From a virus: a DNA stretch of 64,000 nt. The stretch covers positions 51,247 through 115,246 of the IMG/VR virus record IMGVR_UViG_3300048694_001252, one strand, 5' to 3'. A model generated the notes under the pieces. The model saw nothing but the letters and a program-made list of their open reading frames with translations, had not been told where the DNA came from and did no database searches. Positions 19,701 through 29,275 of this stretch are shown piece by piece; the stretch's first letter is position 1, and every line of letters starts with the position of its first letter. The position numbers and the translations under genes are program-made.

Positions 19701-22322
19701 ACCTGCATGGCCTGCTGGGTCTGCACTGTTGCCTGTTGTGAGATAGATGCTGCCGCCAGGACCTCCTCCACCTCCATCATTGAAGGCACCAACGCCGCCT
19801 GTGATCACAACGTCTCCACCAGAAGTGGTATAGTAGTCGCCTAGATCTGCTGATCCAGCTGTGATAGCTATGTTGTATCCATCAACCGCACCTGTAGCAG
19901 ACACTGTGGAAACGGTTGTATTACCCGACACAGTGACATTGCCAGTGGTATCAAACGTCCATACTGCTGTGTTGGCGGCCAGTTCAATGTTGCCTGTTCC
20001 GCCTTGGAACGTGACATTGCCTGCGGTATCAAATGTCCAGGCATACGATCCAGCAATGACTTCTACATTGGGGTTGGTGCCTACAAACGCACCTGCACTC
20101 ACATTACCTGTGGTCACCACATTGCCCGGAGCAAACAACTGGCCATTGGTATCAAAGTTCCAAAGATTGCTGTTGCTGACCAGTTGCATATTGCCACTGG
20201 CGCCCAAGTTACCTGTGCTGTCAAATGTCCAACCATACACATTGCCTGCATTGCCCACATTGGTTTGGATGACCACATTGGCATTAGCATACGTATAAGT
20301 GTCAACTCCATTTTCCATGCTGACACCATTGACATCACTTTGTATGTTGGCTGTAACAGTGAGTCCAGTGTTGCTGTAGGCCCAAAAAGCCTGATTGGTG
20401 TCTAAAATGATATTGCCGGGTGCTGTAAGATTGCCAGTATTGTCAAAGGTCCAAATATATACATTGGCCACCAGTTCAATATTGGCCTGATCGCCTACAA
20501 ATGTGTTGGCTGTGATATTACCTGTGGTTGATATCACATTTGATCCAAAGTTGGCCATGAGTGTGACCACGTTGGAGTCACCGTAATTACTGATTACGCC
20601 ATCTAGAATACTGACACCATTGGCATAGTTGATGTTTGATGTGTTACTGGGTAGATCTATATTGCCATTGCTTCGGAAGGAGTATGATCCTGTGCCCACA
20701 TTGAGAACAACACCACTACCGCTGGTGCTGTAGATTTGAACAGGTTGACTGCTTTGATTCAGTACTGATGGAAAAGTCATACCGGCATTGCTTTCAATGC
20801 CGGGATCAATGCGTATACCTTCATTGCCTAGACCACTATTGGGGGCACCTAAATTGCCATTGAATTCACCGATGGTCCATTCACCGTCCAACCATGATAT
20901 TAAATTACCCAATCCGTATTGAATGACGTTGCTAGCAGCCATCGGGGTATTGGTCATCGTGATACTGGCAAATGTATTACCGCCACCACCATAGGGATTA
21001 CCATTGGCATAGTTGATACTGCTGGTGTCTGAGGGCAGGGTAATATTGCCATTGTTTTCAAAACGCCATTGGCTAGCACCAGCATTGACCAGCACATTGC
21101 CGTAAAAACCTAGACCACCGGTGCTGATACCGCCACCAATGGTGACATTACCCCCGGGACCATCCCCACCATAACCTCCGGTCATTGTGATGGCTCCACC
21201 AGAACCACCGCCTCCATAACCGCCTAAGATCTCAACATAACCACCCGAGCCACCGCCACTGTCCCCACCTTTGAGGTATAGATATCCAGCTGTGCCTGCA
21301 CTTTGTACATCCCCGGCTTCTACACGAATATATCCGCCTGAACCGTTGCCGGGTCCATATCCGCCGCGTATCTTGACGTCACCGCCATTGCCGTCTGTAT
21401 CGCCACCGCGACCGGCCCAGAGATAGATATCGCCACCTTCTCCGCCAGTACCGTCGGCACCTTTGCCAGGATTGATTACCAAACGTTGTGAGTTTATGTT
21501 TGTATTTGCATCGCCATTGGCCGTGGTTATTACAGACTCGTAGTTGTTGTCTGTCAACGACAACGTGTAACCATACACTGTACCACTGGATATATCTCCA
21601 CGAGTCGTGTATTGCAATGGAGCAAGAAGTTGACCATTGTTGTCAAAGGTCCATGTGGCCGCGGTCACCCCAGTATTGTTGCCAGTTTGTAACGCTAGGT
21701 TACCATAGAGATTGAACAGCGTGGTCGTGTTGTTGATTGCACCATTAGTGGGCAGAATCAAGGCCGCAGTGGGGCCAGACAACAGATCACCGTTTGTGAC
21801 GGAACCGCCATTGATGTTGTATTGTGTGTTGCCTATAAATGCCCAGTTACCAAGATCAGCATTGCCACCCGCTACGTTACTCCAATAGGTGTTACCTACA
21901 CCATCCGTGGTCAAGACCTGACCTGCAACGCCCGCCAGACCGGTGTAGCGTACATTGCCTACCTGAACTACCTGACTGGTGATACCCGTCGTGTTGAGAT
22001 AGCGTATCCAGGCACTGTCATACCAGAACGCAGGGGTACCTAGATCATACACACTGTCCGACAAGGGTCGCATGTGCTGTGTGAGCGCCGTGGTCTGCAT
22101 CTGTATGTTGCCTAGACCATTGCCCGCGATCACGAGATCTAGATCGGTCTGGGTAGTTGACACCCAGTTGTTGGTGATCGTCACATTGGTGTTGACCGGA
22201 CCTGCTGCCCACACGTTGGCAAAGTTGTTGTTGACGTTGTCAAAGGCCTCACGCAGGCCTTCACCGGTACCGTTGTTGGGTGCCGAACCTAGATTGATTA
22301 CCTGCTGGGGGGTATTGCTCAT
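16794..22322 (-). CDS. Long tail-fibre/adhesin-like protein (1842 aa)
   Basis: Same N-terminal anchor as the 2458-aa collagen protein (NLGSAPNNGTGEGLREAF). Repeats of WTFDNTGNLT, GG.V.I.GG and [12 protein letters not shown]. Confidence 0.8.
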   Translation of the reverse strand: MSNTPQQVINLGSAPNNGTGEGLREAFDNVNNNFANVWAAGPVNTNVTITNNWVSTTQTDLDLVIAGNGLGNIQMQTTALTQHMRPLSDSVYDLGTPAFWYDSAWIRYLNTTGITSQVVQVGNVRYTGLAGVAGQVLTTDGVGNTYWSNVAGGNADLGNWAFIGNTQYNINGGSVTNGDLLSGPTAALILPTNGAINNTTTLFNLYGNLALQTGNNTGVTAATWTFDNNGQLLAPLQYTTRGDISSGTVYGYTLSLTDNNYESVITTANGDANTNINSQRLVINPGKGADGTGGEGGDIYLWAGRGGDTDGNGGDVKIRGGYGPGNGSGGYIRVEAGDVQSAGTAGYLYLKGGDSGGGSGGYVEILGGYGGGGSGGAITMTGGYGGDGPGGNVTIGGGISTGGLGFYGNVLVNAGASQWRFENNGNITLPSDTSSINYANGNPYGGGGNTFASITMTNTPMAASNVIQYGLGNLISWLDGEWTIGEFNGNLGAPNSGLGNEGIRIDPGIESNAGMTFPSVLNQSSQPVQIYSTSGSGVVLNVGTGSYSFRSNGNIDLPSNTSNINYANGVSILDGVISNYGDSNVVTLMANFGSNVISTTGNITANTFVGDQANIELVANVYIWTFDNTGNLTAPGNIILDTNQAFWAYSNTGLTVTANIQSDVNGVSMENGVDTYTYANANVVIQTNVGNAGNVYGWTFDSTGNLGASGNMQLVSNSNLWNFDTNGQLFAPGNVVTTGNVSAGAFVGTNPNVEVIAGSYAWTFDTAGNVTFQGGTGNIELAANTAVWTFDTTGNVTVSGNTTVSTVSATGAVDGYNIAITAGSADLGDYYTTSGGDVVITGGVGAFNDGGGGGPGGSIYLTTGNSADPAGHAGNVNITAGSNSWVFDYTGNLTIPGNVVQGNSKLSLNENGGNTAYLTSTVDDLTAIYMDANDIQIYANGNVSISAFTSHWTFDNTGALTAPGDITTTGNLSVYDATISGNINGSKNFDLDGNATIGGNLFVTGNINFTGNVTQISGNSGVFYGNISTGIGAIYAGKTGYTPLPNTVVQITGDDNSYTQVNLQNTNHGNVASMELAITADDGTDTTNYLDMGIASSVWDGTQDNSLGSAVQRRDGYLYVQGGAAGGNLVLGTTTAGYGIKFNAGGSGSANTVAQISNTGITTSGAISATGNVRGAYILGDGSLLSNIQVSGSAPVSTTGNVTGGNLVATGVVSASGNISANYFFGNGSQLTGLPAAYSNSNVTTLLAGFGSNTISTTGTVTAGNITGANILTGGAISATGTVTSAANVIGGNLSTAGQVNATGNITGANILTGGAISATGNVRGGNLLGVGISASGTVTATSLQVTGATTLSDVTATGNATIGTALTIYGSNNTITTQNGSAVQFGQRVNFNSTNGIFVTGNVNAQSNLIVSGFSVTSGNASVTGNVISGNVTTTGLISATGNITGGNILGGANVNATTYTGTTVSVSANITGGNLLTAGLISATGNITAANLGNISSINLNGNASTVLYGNGVFAAVAAGSSYGNSNVTTLLAAYGSNTISTTGTVNAGNITGGNVLTGGLISASSNITGGNILTAGIMSSTGNATHGNILTGGLITATGNIIGGNISTAGTASVTGNLNVGSNATATLQHSLLSGIQLAPAANAITANAAVSIGGSGSNYLALGQYPVGSTLNGVSTAYAQWIQSGYSQNATYYPIVLNPLGGNVQLGGNIIAPGAVLGNSATVTTANYAIGYRDLPQISFAGNATIAAADAGKHYYSTLSTGNTLTIANNSSVSWTVGTAISIVNRGTGNITIAQDTGVSLYLAGNATAGNRTVTTYGMATLLNVAANVWMINGTGVS

Positions 22323-22343
22323 ATTTTCCGTATCCTATAAGGA

Positions 22344-22349
22344 TATTTA
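22344..22349 (-). promoter_or_regulatory. Late promoter box TAAATA
   Basis: ccaTAAATAtccttataggatacggaaaatATG; overlaps the stop codon of the endonuclease gene. Confidence 0.65.
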
Positions 22350-23120
22350 TGGGCTGTACCTATCTCCCCGGCCACCACCGCGGCGCGCACAATGATCACC
22401 GTGCCGGTGATACCAGCCACGAGCAATATCGCGATCACAGTGCGGGCAATGTATCTTGACTCGTTTTTGGCCACGTTGCTTGGCTACTCTGCGTTCTACT
22501 ACTTCTGGGTCTACTTTACGCCCCAACATCGCTTTTCTGAGTTTTTGTTTTTGTTCATCACTCATTGGAATACCTTTGTTGTGGGCTTGTTGTTTGCCTT
22601 TTTTGGCTTCGCTTATCTTACGGCGAGTTTCCTCTGATACCGCTTTACCATAACGTCCATTTTTTTCTCCCTTGTGAGCTTCAGAGTTTTTGCGTCTATG
22701 ATCTTCTGTTGCTATTTTGCCCTTATTCTTTCCAACATTTGATTGTCTAATTTTTTCAATTTGTTCTTTAGACTTAGGTTTACCTTTGTGAAACTCACTG
22801 ATCTTACGACGACTCTCTTTAGTAGGTACAATATATCCCGCGACATTCTGATTGATCCAACGATCATCTTCTAGCACGCGGCAGCGCCGTAACACTCTGG
22901 TTTCCCATGCTACTGCTTGTTCTCGAGTTTCAAACACCCGGCGTATCTCTACATCAAAACTATCGCGGCCGGTCTCTTCAATCAACCGTTGTACTTTGGG
23001 ACTGCTGGTAAAGTATTGGTGCCAGAGATCTTGCTCTGGTGGTAATTTGTTGGCACTGCGTACCCCGTAATATACACGATTGGTAGGACGATGTCGGATT
23101 AGATATGTATAAGGTTTCAT
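22347..23120 (-). CDS. Free-standing Seg-like GIY-YIG homing endonuclease with NUMOD3 repeats
   Basis: N-terminal YTYLI...YYGVR...YFTSS...E...E...WIN. Repeats such as ESRRKISEFHKGK and EETRRKISEAKKGK. C-terminal CPHC. Confidence 0.75.
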   Translation of the reverse strand: MKPYTYLIRHRPTNRVYYGVRSANKLPPEQDLWHQYFTSSPKVQRLIEETGRDSFDVEIRRVFETREQAVAWETRVLRRCRVLEDDRWINQNVAGYIVPTKESRRKISEFHKGKPKSKEQIEKIRQSNVGKNKGKIATEDHRRKNSEAHKGEKNGRYGKAVSEETRRKISEAKKGKQQAHNKGIPMSDEQKQKLRKAMLGRKVDPEVVERRVAKQRGQKRVKIHCPHCDRDIARGWYHRHGDHCARRGGGRGDRYSP

Positions 23121-23125
23121 ATTGT

Positions 23126-23186
23126 TATTTAGTTAGAGAGTGCGATTTCACCTATCTAACATAACATTCTTAGGAGAAATAGTCAA
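23126..23186 (-). promoter_or_regulatory. Sigma70-like promoter plus late box for the homing endonuclease
   Basis: TTGACT-N17-TATGTT with a TGn extension (23186-23158), and cTAAATAacaatATG (23131-23126). Confidence 0.5.
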
Positions 23187-23187
23187 C

Positions 23188-23210
23188 AAAAAACCCACCG
23201 AAGTGGGTTT
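23188..23210 (-). terminator. Rho-independent terminator after the major capsid gene
   Basis: AAACCCAC-TTCG-GTGGGTTT-TTT (cUUCGg tetraloop and U tract). Confidence 0.85.
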
Positions 23211-23237
23211 CTTGTTTTGTTGCGTCGACCAACTGGA

Positions 23238-24434
23238 TTAGCTGAAGGACAAATTGCTCACGGCAATTTCCCCTACGTAGTCGCCAGCATTGCCGAAGCT
23301 GCTTGCGGTGTTTGTCAACTCGATGTAGCCATATCTCGTCATAAAGCTCACGACCGGTTCAAACGTGGTCGGATCCAGCACCACGCCTGAGCTCATCAAG
23401 GGGATGTAGGGGCAGTAGAACGCCGGGGCGTCTGCTTCCGAACTTCCCTTGTAGCCAACCAGCACCGGGGTGGTGTCAGCAGCGTAGCTGTCAACAAACA
23501 CGCGCATGCTGCCGTTCAGGGTGCCCACAAACTTGGTGTTGGTGGGAGCCTCAAACGTGCCTTCGGTGGTGCGAGCAAAAGCCGAAGTGGTAGCTGATTG
23601 CAGCACAGTGAGTGCAGCCGAGCTAACAACGGCATAGTTACCAGCGCCACGACGTGTGCGTTGAGCGATCAGGTTTGCCACACGATTGATCAGCACTGCC
23701 AGAGCAGCGTGTTCGTCACCCACGAACGTAGCAGTACCCGAAACGGTAGCTTGGTTGTAAGTAAACTCAGTCGAAGCCAGGCTGCGCAGGCTCAACAGGA
23801 TCTCTTGGTCGATTTCAGCCGTGATTTCCTGAGCCAGTGCTGCCATGATTTCAGCTTCAACGTCGATGCCGTGCATGGCCTGTGCATCTTGTGCCGATTC
23901 AAACGTCCAACGAGCCTGCAGTTTGCGGGTCTTGGCTTCAACCGCTTGCTTCAGGATCTGAACGCTGATCTGTTTACCGCCAGTGCCTTCCATGGTAGCT
24001 GTGTTGCCACCGGTGTAGTTGGCCGTGCTGGTGGTATCTTTGGGCACAGTTGAGTATGCCACAGCGATCGTGAACGGGCTCAGTGCTTCTTGACCCGCGG
24101 TCACGCTGGTAGCAGCGGCCGAAGTATCAGTCAAGCTCTGTGCATAACGCACACGCAGAGTGTGGATCTGACCCACAGGACCGGTCATGGGCTGTACACC
24201 AACCAGCTCATTGGCGATAACCGTAGGCATCACACGTCGGATCACCGGCAGAATCACGCGATTCAGCGTAGCGATGTTGCCCGCAGCGGTTGAACCGCTC
24301 GAGGCATTTTCTTTCAGGTAGCGTCGGGTGTTTTCAAGAATCACCTTCATGCTATTGCGTCGAGTACCTTGGAGTCCTTCCAACAGGGCCTCTTTGGTTT
24401 CTTCCCAACGGCTTTCAAGTAGTTGCTCTGACAT
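23238..24434 (-). CDS. gp23: Major capsid protein, T4 gp23 family
   Basis: LPVIRRVMPTVIANELVGVQPMTGPVGQIHTLRVRY, VEAKTRKLQARWT, EITAEIDQEIL, FYCPYIPL and TFEPVVSFMTRYG. Confidence 0.95.
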   Translation of the reverse strand: MSEQLLESRWEETKEALLEGLQGTRRNSMKVILENTRRYLKENASSGSTAAGNIATLNRVILPVIRRVMPTVIANELVGVQPMTGPVGQIHTLRVRYAQSLTDTSAAATSVTAGQEALSPFTIAVAYSTVPKDTTSTANYTGGNTATMEGTGGKQISVQILKQAVEAKTRKLQARWTFESAQDAQAMHGIDVEAEIMAALAQEITAEIDQEILLSLRSLASTEFTYNQATVSGTATFVGDEHAALAVLINRVANLIAQRTRRGAGNYAVVSSAALTVLQSATTSAFARTTEGTFEAPTNTKFVGTLNGSMRVFVDSYAADTTPVLVGYKGSSEADAPAFYCPYIPLMSSGVVLDPTTFEPVVSFMTRYGYIELTNTASSFGNAGDYVGEIAVSNLSFS

Positions 24435-24453
24435 TTCTGTCTCTCCTTTGTTA

Positions 24454-25545
24454 TTACAGCCCTGCCAGACGCTTGAGTTCGATCACGTTGTTATCTGTGT
24501 CTTGCTCCTGCGACTCCGGCAATTGTTTATCACCAGTCACTGCCGTGACCGATTCAGCCACGACCTTGCGAGTTGTGGTTTTACGGTCTTCCAGCACTGC
24601 CGGTAGATACTTTTCAAATGCGCCTTTCAACCGCGAGGTCTGGACGCTTTCCAACAGACCGCGCATGACTTCGGCCTTGTCCCGGTTCAGGGGTGCAAGT
24701 AGTTCGGTCATGGTCTGTGCACGTTCGTTGTTTTCACGGATCATGCTCAGTTCACGGTTTTTGCTCTCAACAAGCACGCGAGCGCGTTCGCTGAGTTCAA
24801 TCGCTTCACGCAGTTTGTGATCCTTGTCCACCACCAGCTGATTCAAGCGACGCATCTCGGCCTTTTCGTTGAGATGTGTGGCGCCAAATTCTGCTGCATA
24901 GGCTTCAAAAATCCTGCGTCCAAAACTGTTCTCGCGAGCAATTTGGATATCTTCCTGCAGTTGTGACAGTTCGCTACGTAGATGCTGGCTCACAGCCTGG
25001 CTCATCTTGGCCGCGCTTTCTTTAACAAAGCGGGTCTTGAGTGCCTCTAGTTTGCCTCGTGCTTCGCGGACCAAACGCACTTTGGTTTCCACCACATCGC
25101 GTTTGTCCTGAGCAAACTCTGTGATCTCACGTGCCAGTGCAGCCACTATGAAGTTTTCTAGTTTGACCAGACCTTCATTGTGGATCTTGCGATCACGGCG
25201 CAGTTCGGTGATTTCTTCTGCCAATTTCTTGGTAAGGAAGCCATTGAACTTTGTGGCCGATTCCTGCATTTTGCGCTGGAAGCGCACTCGATCTTCGGCC
25301 AAGCGGGTTTTTTCTTCCACCTGGGCCTGGATCTCTGCGGTGAGACCTTCTGTTACCATGCGATCTAGGGCTTCTACCATCACAGTCTTGTCATGCTCAT
25401 AGCGTTGTGCGAATTCCTCGCGGAGTTCCACACGTACTTGTTCACGGGTCTCATTGAGCTTGGTTTCCCAGGCTTCATTGATCTCCTTTCCCATTTCTTC
25501 GGTGATCAAGTTGCTGTCAAGCAATGGTTTCAGTTGCTCAAACAT
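24454..25545 (-). CDS. gp22: Prohead core scaffolding protein, gp22-like
   Basis: Coiled-coil, Glu/Lys-rich protein located between the protease and capsid genes. Confidence 0.8.
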   Translation of the reverse strand: MFEQLKPLLDSNLITEEMGKEINEAWETKLNETREQVRVELREEFAQRYEHDKTVMVEALDRMVTEGLTAEIQAQVEEKTRLAEDRVRFQRKMQESATKFNGFLTKKLAEEITELRRDRKIHNEGLVKLENFIVAALAREITEFAQDKRDVVETKVRLVREARGKLEALKTRFVKESAAKMSQAVSQHLRSELSQLQEDIQIARENSFGRRIFEAYAAEFGATHLNEKAEMRRLNQLVVDKDHKLREAIELSERARVLVESKNRELSMIRENNERAQTMTELLAPLNRDKAEVMRGLLESVQTSRLKGAFEKYLPAVLEDRKTTTRKVVAESVTAVTGDKQLPESQEQDTDNNVIELKRLAGL

Positions 25546-25558
25546 GCTTGGTTTCTCC

Positions 25559-26203
25559 TTAGATTTTGAGATCCCGGATCAGGCGTTTGACTTCCTGAGC
25601 CAGATATCTCTGTACCTTGTCGCTTTCACCAGCTTCACGGGCCATTTCAATCAGCCTATGACCATTACGCATATTCATGAGACCTTCATAGATGGCCTGT
25701 GGATATGCGTTGGGTGCGCTGGGTTGTGCGACTACATCAATAGTGACGATTTCAAAGTCACTAACATGTCCTGTATGGTCGTCAACGTTGCCGCTACCGC
25801 GGCTGCTGACGCCCAGTTTGACTCCGCTTTGCAGCAGAGTCGTGATCAGTTGTCCCATGGGCGTGGGTAGGATCTTGAGCTTGCCGCAACCGGCATGCCC
25901 GTCCATCCACATTTCTTGCACATCATGACACACACGATCCAGATTGATCTTGAGATCATCGGGGTGGTCTACCTCGCCCAGTACTGAATTGCCATTACGG
26001 ATCTGCTCGTTGATGGTGTTTACGGCCTTGGTAATCTCATGACGCGGATATATGCGATCATTGGCGTTTCTTTTGTCGCCTTCGATACAGATGCCCTTGA
26101 GATAGAGATTCTTACCTCCCTTGCCGGTAGCATCGTCCTCGGTTATGACTTCGATACGTGCCTGATTGAAGGTAAGATTTTCTCTGAGATAACGTGGTGT
26201 CAT
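25559..26203 (-). CDS. gp21: Prohead protease, gp21 family
   Basis: RNANDRIYP, LGEVDHP, KILPTPMG, LGVSSRGSG and DVVAQPSAPNAY. Confidence 0.92.
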   Translation of the reverse strand: MTPRYLRENLTFNQARIEVITEDDATGKGGKNLYLKGICIEGDKRNANDRIYPRHEITKAVNTINEQIRNGNSVLGEVDHPDDLKINLDRVCHDVQEMWMDGHAGCGKLKILPTPMGQLITTLLQSGVKLGVSSRGSGNVDDHTGHVSDFEIVTIDVVAQPSAPNAYPQAIYEGLMNMRNGHRLIEMAREAGESDKVQRYLAQEVKRLIRDLKI

Positions 26204-26209
26204 CTGGTG

Positions 26210-27142
26210 TTAGCCCCGGCGACCCGGTAGCGGGCTCTTGGTGTTGACACCTGTGGCCTGGGCCAAGTGCGGCTTGGTAGCAGGTTTCTGACCCTTCATG
26301 TCTTTGCCCGGTTGGTTTTGCACGTCCGAGATCAGGTCTTTGGTGGTGTTTTTGTAGGCCGGGGTGTCATGCTTGCCTTCGGGGCTGTCACCGGTCACAT
26401 GCACGGGCTTGCCCGCCATGCCAGTTTTGCCACTGTTGAAAGCTACAGGACCGGACTTACCATCACCTTCTTCGCTGGTGGTAACTTTGGGTTTTACCTG
26501 CTTGAGGCTGATAGCTTCGGCCATGGGTTCCATTTCTGCGGTGTCGTCAGTGGCAATAGCATCGCCACCAATATCGGCCGGCATGTCATCACCATTGCCC
26601 ATGTCATCGTGCTCGGCTTCTTCATGGCCCATGAGATCTTCAAACTCAGCCATGAGTTCATCCAGCTTGTCTTCTAGATTCATGATGTCGTCTTTGGTGG
26701 CCGGTTCGTCACCGCCCATGTCAGCGTCATCCATATCAGCATCATCCATATCAGCATCATCCATATCAGCATCATCCATATCGGCGTCGCTGTCTTCAAC
26801 ATCGGTCACTTCTGCTTCTTCGTCTTCGCCTTCCATGGTGTTGATGTCGCTTTCTTCGTCCATCTCCACATCATCAATCAGACCCTTGGCTGCGTCGCCG
26901 CCCATGGCAGATTCTTCGACTTCGTCATCGGCAGCTTCGTCTAGTTCTTCGGCAGATTCTTCAACTTCGTCGTCGGCAGCTTCGTCAAGATCTTTATCTT
27001 CTTCGCTGTCTTTGGCCTCTTCCTGCATGAGGTTTTCATAGATTTCGCGGCTCTTTTCTACCACGATTTCATGGAAAAGTTCGCGAGCTTTGGCTTCTTC
27101 ATCATTGATCACATATTCGATCAACTGTTCAAATCGGTTCAT
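26210..27142 (-). CDS. Highly acidic prohead core/scaffold-like protein
   Basis: Asp/Glu-rich and located between the portal and protease genes, like T4 gp67/gp68. AAGGAG RBS and a late box at 27175-27180. Confidence 0.7.
   Translation of the reverse strand: MNRFEQLIEYVINDEEAKARELFHEIVVEKSREIYENLMQEEAKDSEEDKDLDEAADDEVEESAEELDEAADDEVEESAMGGDAAKGLIDDVEMDEESDINTMEGEDEEAEVTDVEDSDADMDDADMDDADMDDADMDDADMGGDEPATKDDIMNLEDKLDELMAEFEDLMGHEEAEHDDMGNGDDMPADIGGDAIATDDTAEMEPMAEAISLKQVKPKVTTSEEGDGKSGPVAFNSGKTGMAGKPVHVTGDSPEGKHDTPAYKNTTKDLISDVQNQPGKDMKGQKPATKPHLAQATGVNTKSPLPGRRG
26717..26788 (-). repeat. 15-nt tandem repeat (about 5 copies, DADMD)
   Basis: catccatatcagcat units. Confidence 0.85.
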
Positions 27143-27226
27143 GAGGGCTACTCCTTGTAGGTAAAGTGTAGTGTTATTTACAGCAATGCCTAAAAACCCG
27201 GTGTTTTAGGGGGTAAAAATAGTATT

Positions 27227-27448
27227 TTACAGACCGGGCGCGGCTGGTGGGGGTGCGTATTGCTTGCGAATTTCTTCTAGATCACGTTTGTATTCCACGG
27301 CGCGCACATCATTCATGCGACGTAGCTTGTTGAGTTGTCGCAGCGTGAGACGTGTTTTGCGCAGATCTTTTATGGTGATCTGGCTGTTGTCTTGGCTAAG
27401 ATCTTGATAGGCCTGGGGCTCAGTGGCCCAAAATTCACGCAATATCAT
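27227..27448 (-). CDS. Small head-module protein (73 aa)
   Basis: Basic motif RKTRLTLRQLNKLRRMND. Preceded by TATAAATA (27454-27461) 5 nt before the ATG. Confidence 0.7.
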   Translation of the reverse strand: MILREFWATEPQAYQDLSQDNSQITIKDLRKTRLTLRQLNKLRRMNDVRAVEYKRDLEEIRKQYAPPPAAPGL

Positions 27449-27456
27449 GTTGGTAT

Positions 27457-29259
27457 TTATACTGCTGGTGGAGGTGTTGCCGGGGGTGTAGCAGCACCGG
27501 GCAAGGCACCACCCGGAGCAGCGGTGCCTGGGGCAGCGGTGCCAGGAGCACCCAGAGCACCAGGTTCACCCATGCCGGCCACGTCCTGAGCCATACCAAT
27601 GTCACTTTCTATACCGCCCGGTGTGACTCCCACACTGCGTAGGTCCGAACCTGATACCGGAGTAACTTCAGGCTTACTGCGTTCCTCATTCCACAACCGG
27701 GCATTTTCTTTGATCTCATCTTCGGAAAGCCCCAGGAAACGCTGCATCATGAAACGCTTGCTCATGTAAGGAAGCTGTTCCATCTGCGTGAATGACGTGA
27801 TACGTGCTGTGTCCAGTTCGCTCTGGCGATAGCTGGCAAAGTTTTGCGGGGCGCAGAACTTGATGTTGAACAGGCTGCTATCAATATTGAACCCGCGCCA
27901 TTTCAAGAACATCTTGAATTCGTCATCTAGCTTTTGTACAATATGCTTCTGTAGGCGTTCGCAGTACTGATTGAATCGATATTCCTGTATCAGGGCTGTG
28001 CCCACTTTACCATCACTCATGACTCGATCACTATCATCGGGGCCGGTGGGCAAATAGCTTGAAGGTACACGTAGACCGCGAGCCATCTTGTTGTTGAAGT
28101 ACTTGAGGTCGTCAATCTCACCTAGATTTTGACCACCTTGCAGTGTGTCAACCGTGCTGCCACGACCTTCGGCTGTGACAGGGAAAAAGTAATCTTCGTT
28201 GATGCTGAGTGGATTGTAGCTGGCATCCATCATGTTGGCACCACCACCTGTGACCGTGGGGATACGGCGCTGATGCATCTCGTTTTTCACGCGCTCCACA
28301 AACTGCATGGCCAGGTGCGATGGCATGTTGCCCACGTCAATCTTGAAGATCCTGCGTTCAGGAGCACGAGCCACGCGATATATCAAGACCGAATCTTCCA
28401 AAAGCTCTTTCTGCTTGAACACCTTGTAGATCTGCTCCAGCACCGAACGTCCAAAAGGCCAGAACACATCTAGACCCTCGTTGAGACTGATGTGTACCAC
28501 ATGTTTAGCGTCAATACAGGTCTCGTTCATGGCAGTCATGAAGCGGCTGTTGCCCACGCCGCCGCCTGCACCACCATTGGGCATGGTGTAATTGGCCGAA
28601 CCTGATATGGTACCGGTCACAGGATTGGTCATGTAGTCTGTGGTGGTCTTCTGCGCTATGCTCAGGCTCTGGAAGTTGGGGTTGATATCTCGGATCACGT
28701 ACTGTTCGGGACGTTTGCCTTCGGACTCGTTTACAATGATGCGCATGACCTTGCTCATGTCCACCCACATCATTTCAAATGTTTCAGGGTCACGTATGAA
28801 CAACTGATCACCATACTTGATACCGTTCCTGAACAGTTTGAATATGCGTTCGTCCAGGCGGTTGATCTTGGTCCACTGCTGGAGTTGTTTGCGTATGATT
28901 GAAACTTCGTGTTCGGTGGGATCGTCTTTGTAATCGACCTCAAAGGGTGTGCTATTGTCTTTGTTGGGTTGAGTACTGAATTCTGCTATGATGTCGAGAC
29001 AGGCATTGATTTCCGAATCCATGTCCATGTTTTCGTACTGATTATATCGCTCGATACGATTGGGGTGTCCCGAATACACTTCGGGCAAACGACTGGCATA
29101 ATTCCGGAACTGGAAATCTGGTGGCATGCCGGGATAGCCACCATCATTGCGTGGATAACCCGGTAGCCCAAATTGATTTTTGCCCGAGATCGGGCTCATC
29201 ATGCCTGATGTGTCTGCTATCTTGAAATACTTGCGCCAGCCGCGTTTGTCTTGTGCCAT
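27457..29259 (-). CDS. gp20: Portal vertex protein, gp20 family
   Basis: LLEDSVLIYRVARAPERRIFKIDVGNMP, EDYFFP, LQGGQNLGEIDDLKYF and LRVPSSYL. Late box at 29267-29272. Confidence 0.95.
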   Translation of the reverse strand: MAQDKRGWRKYFKIADTSGMMSPISGKNQFGLPGYPRNDGGYPGMPPDFQFRNYASRLPEVYSGHPNRIERYNQYENMDMDSEINACLDIIAEFSTQPNKDNSTPFEVDYKDDPTEHEVSIIRKQLQQWTKINRLDERIFKLFRNGIKYGDQLFIRDPETFEMMWVDMSKVMRIIVNESEGKRPEQYVIRDINPNFQSLSIAQKTTTDYMTNPVTGTISGSANYTMPNGGAGGGVGNSRFMTAMNETCIDAKHVVHISLNEGLDVFWPFGRSVLEQIYKVFKQKELLEDSVLIYRVARAPERRIFKIDVGNMPSHLAMQFVERVKNEMHQRRIPTVTGGGANMMDASYNPLSINEDYFFPVTAEGRGSTVDTLQGGQNLGEIDDLKYFNNKMARGLRVPSSYLPTGPDDSDRVMSDGKVGTALIQEYRFNQYCERLQKHIVQKLDDEFKMFLKWRGFNIDSSLFNIKFCAPQNFASYRQSELDTARITSFTQMEQLPYMSKRFMMQRFLGLSEDEIKENARLWNEERSKPEVTPVSGSDLRSVGVTPGGIESDIGMAQDVAGMGEPGALGAPGTAAPGTAAPGGALPGAATPPATPPPAV

Positions 29260-29275
29260 AGTGGGGTATTTATTG

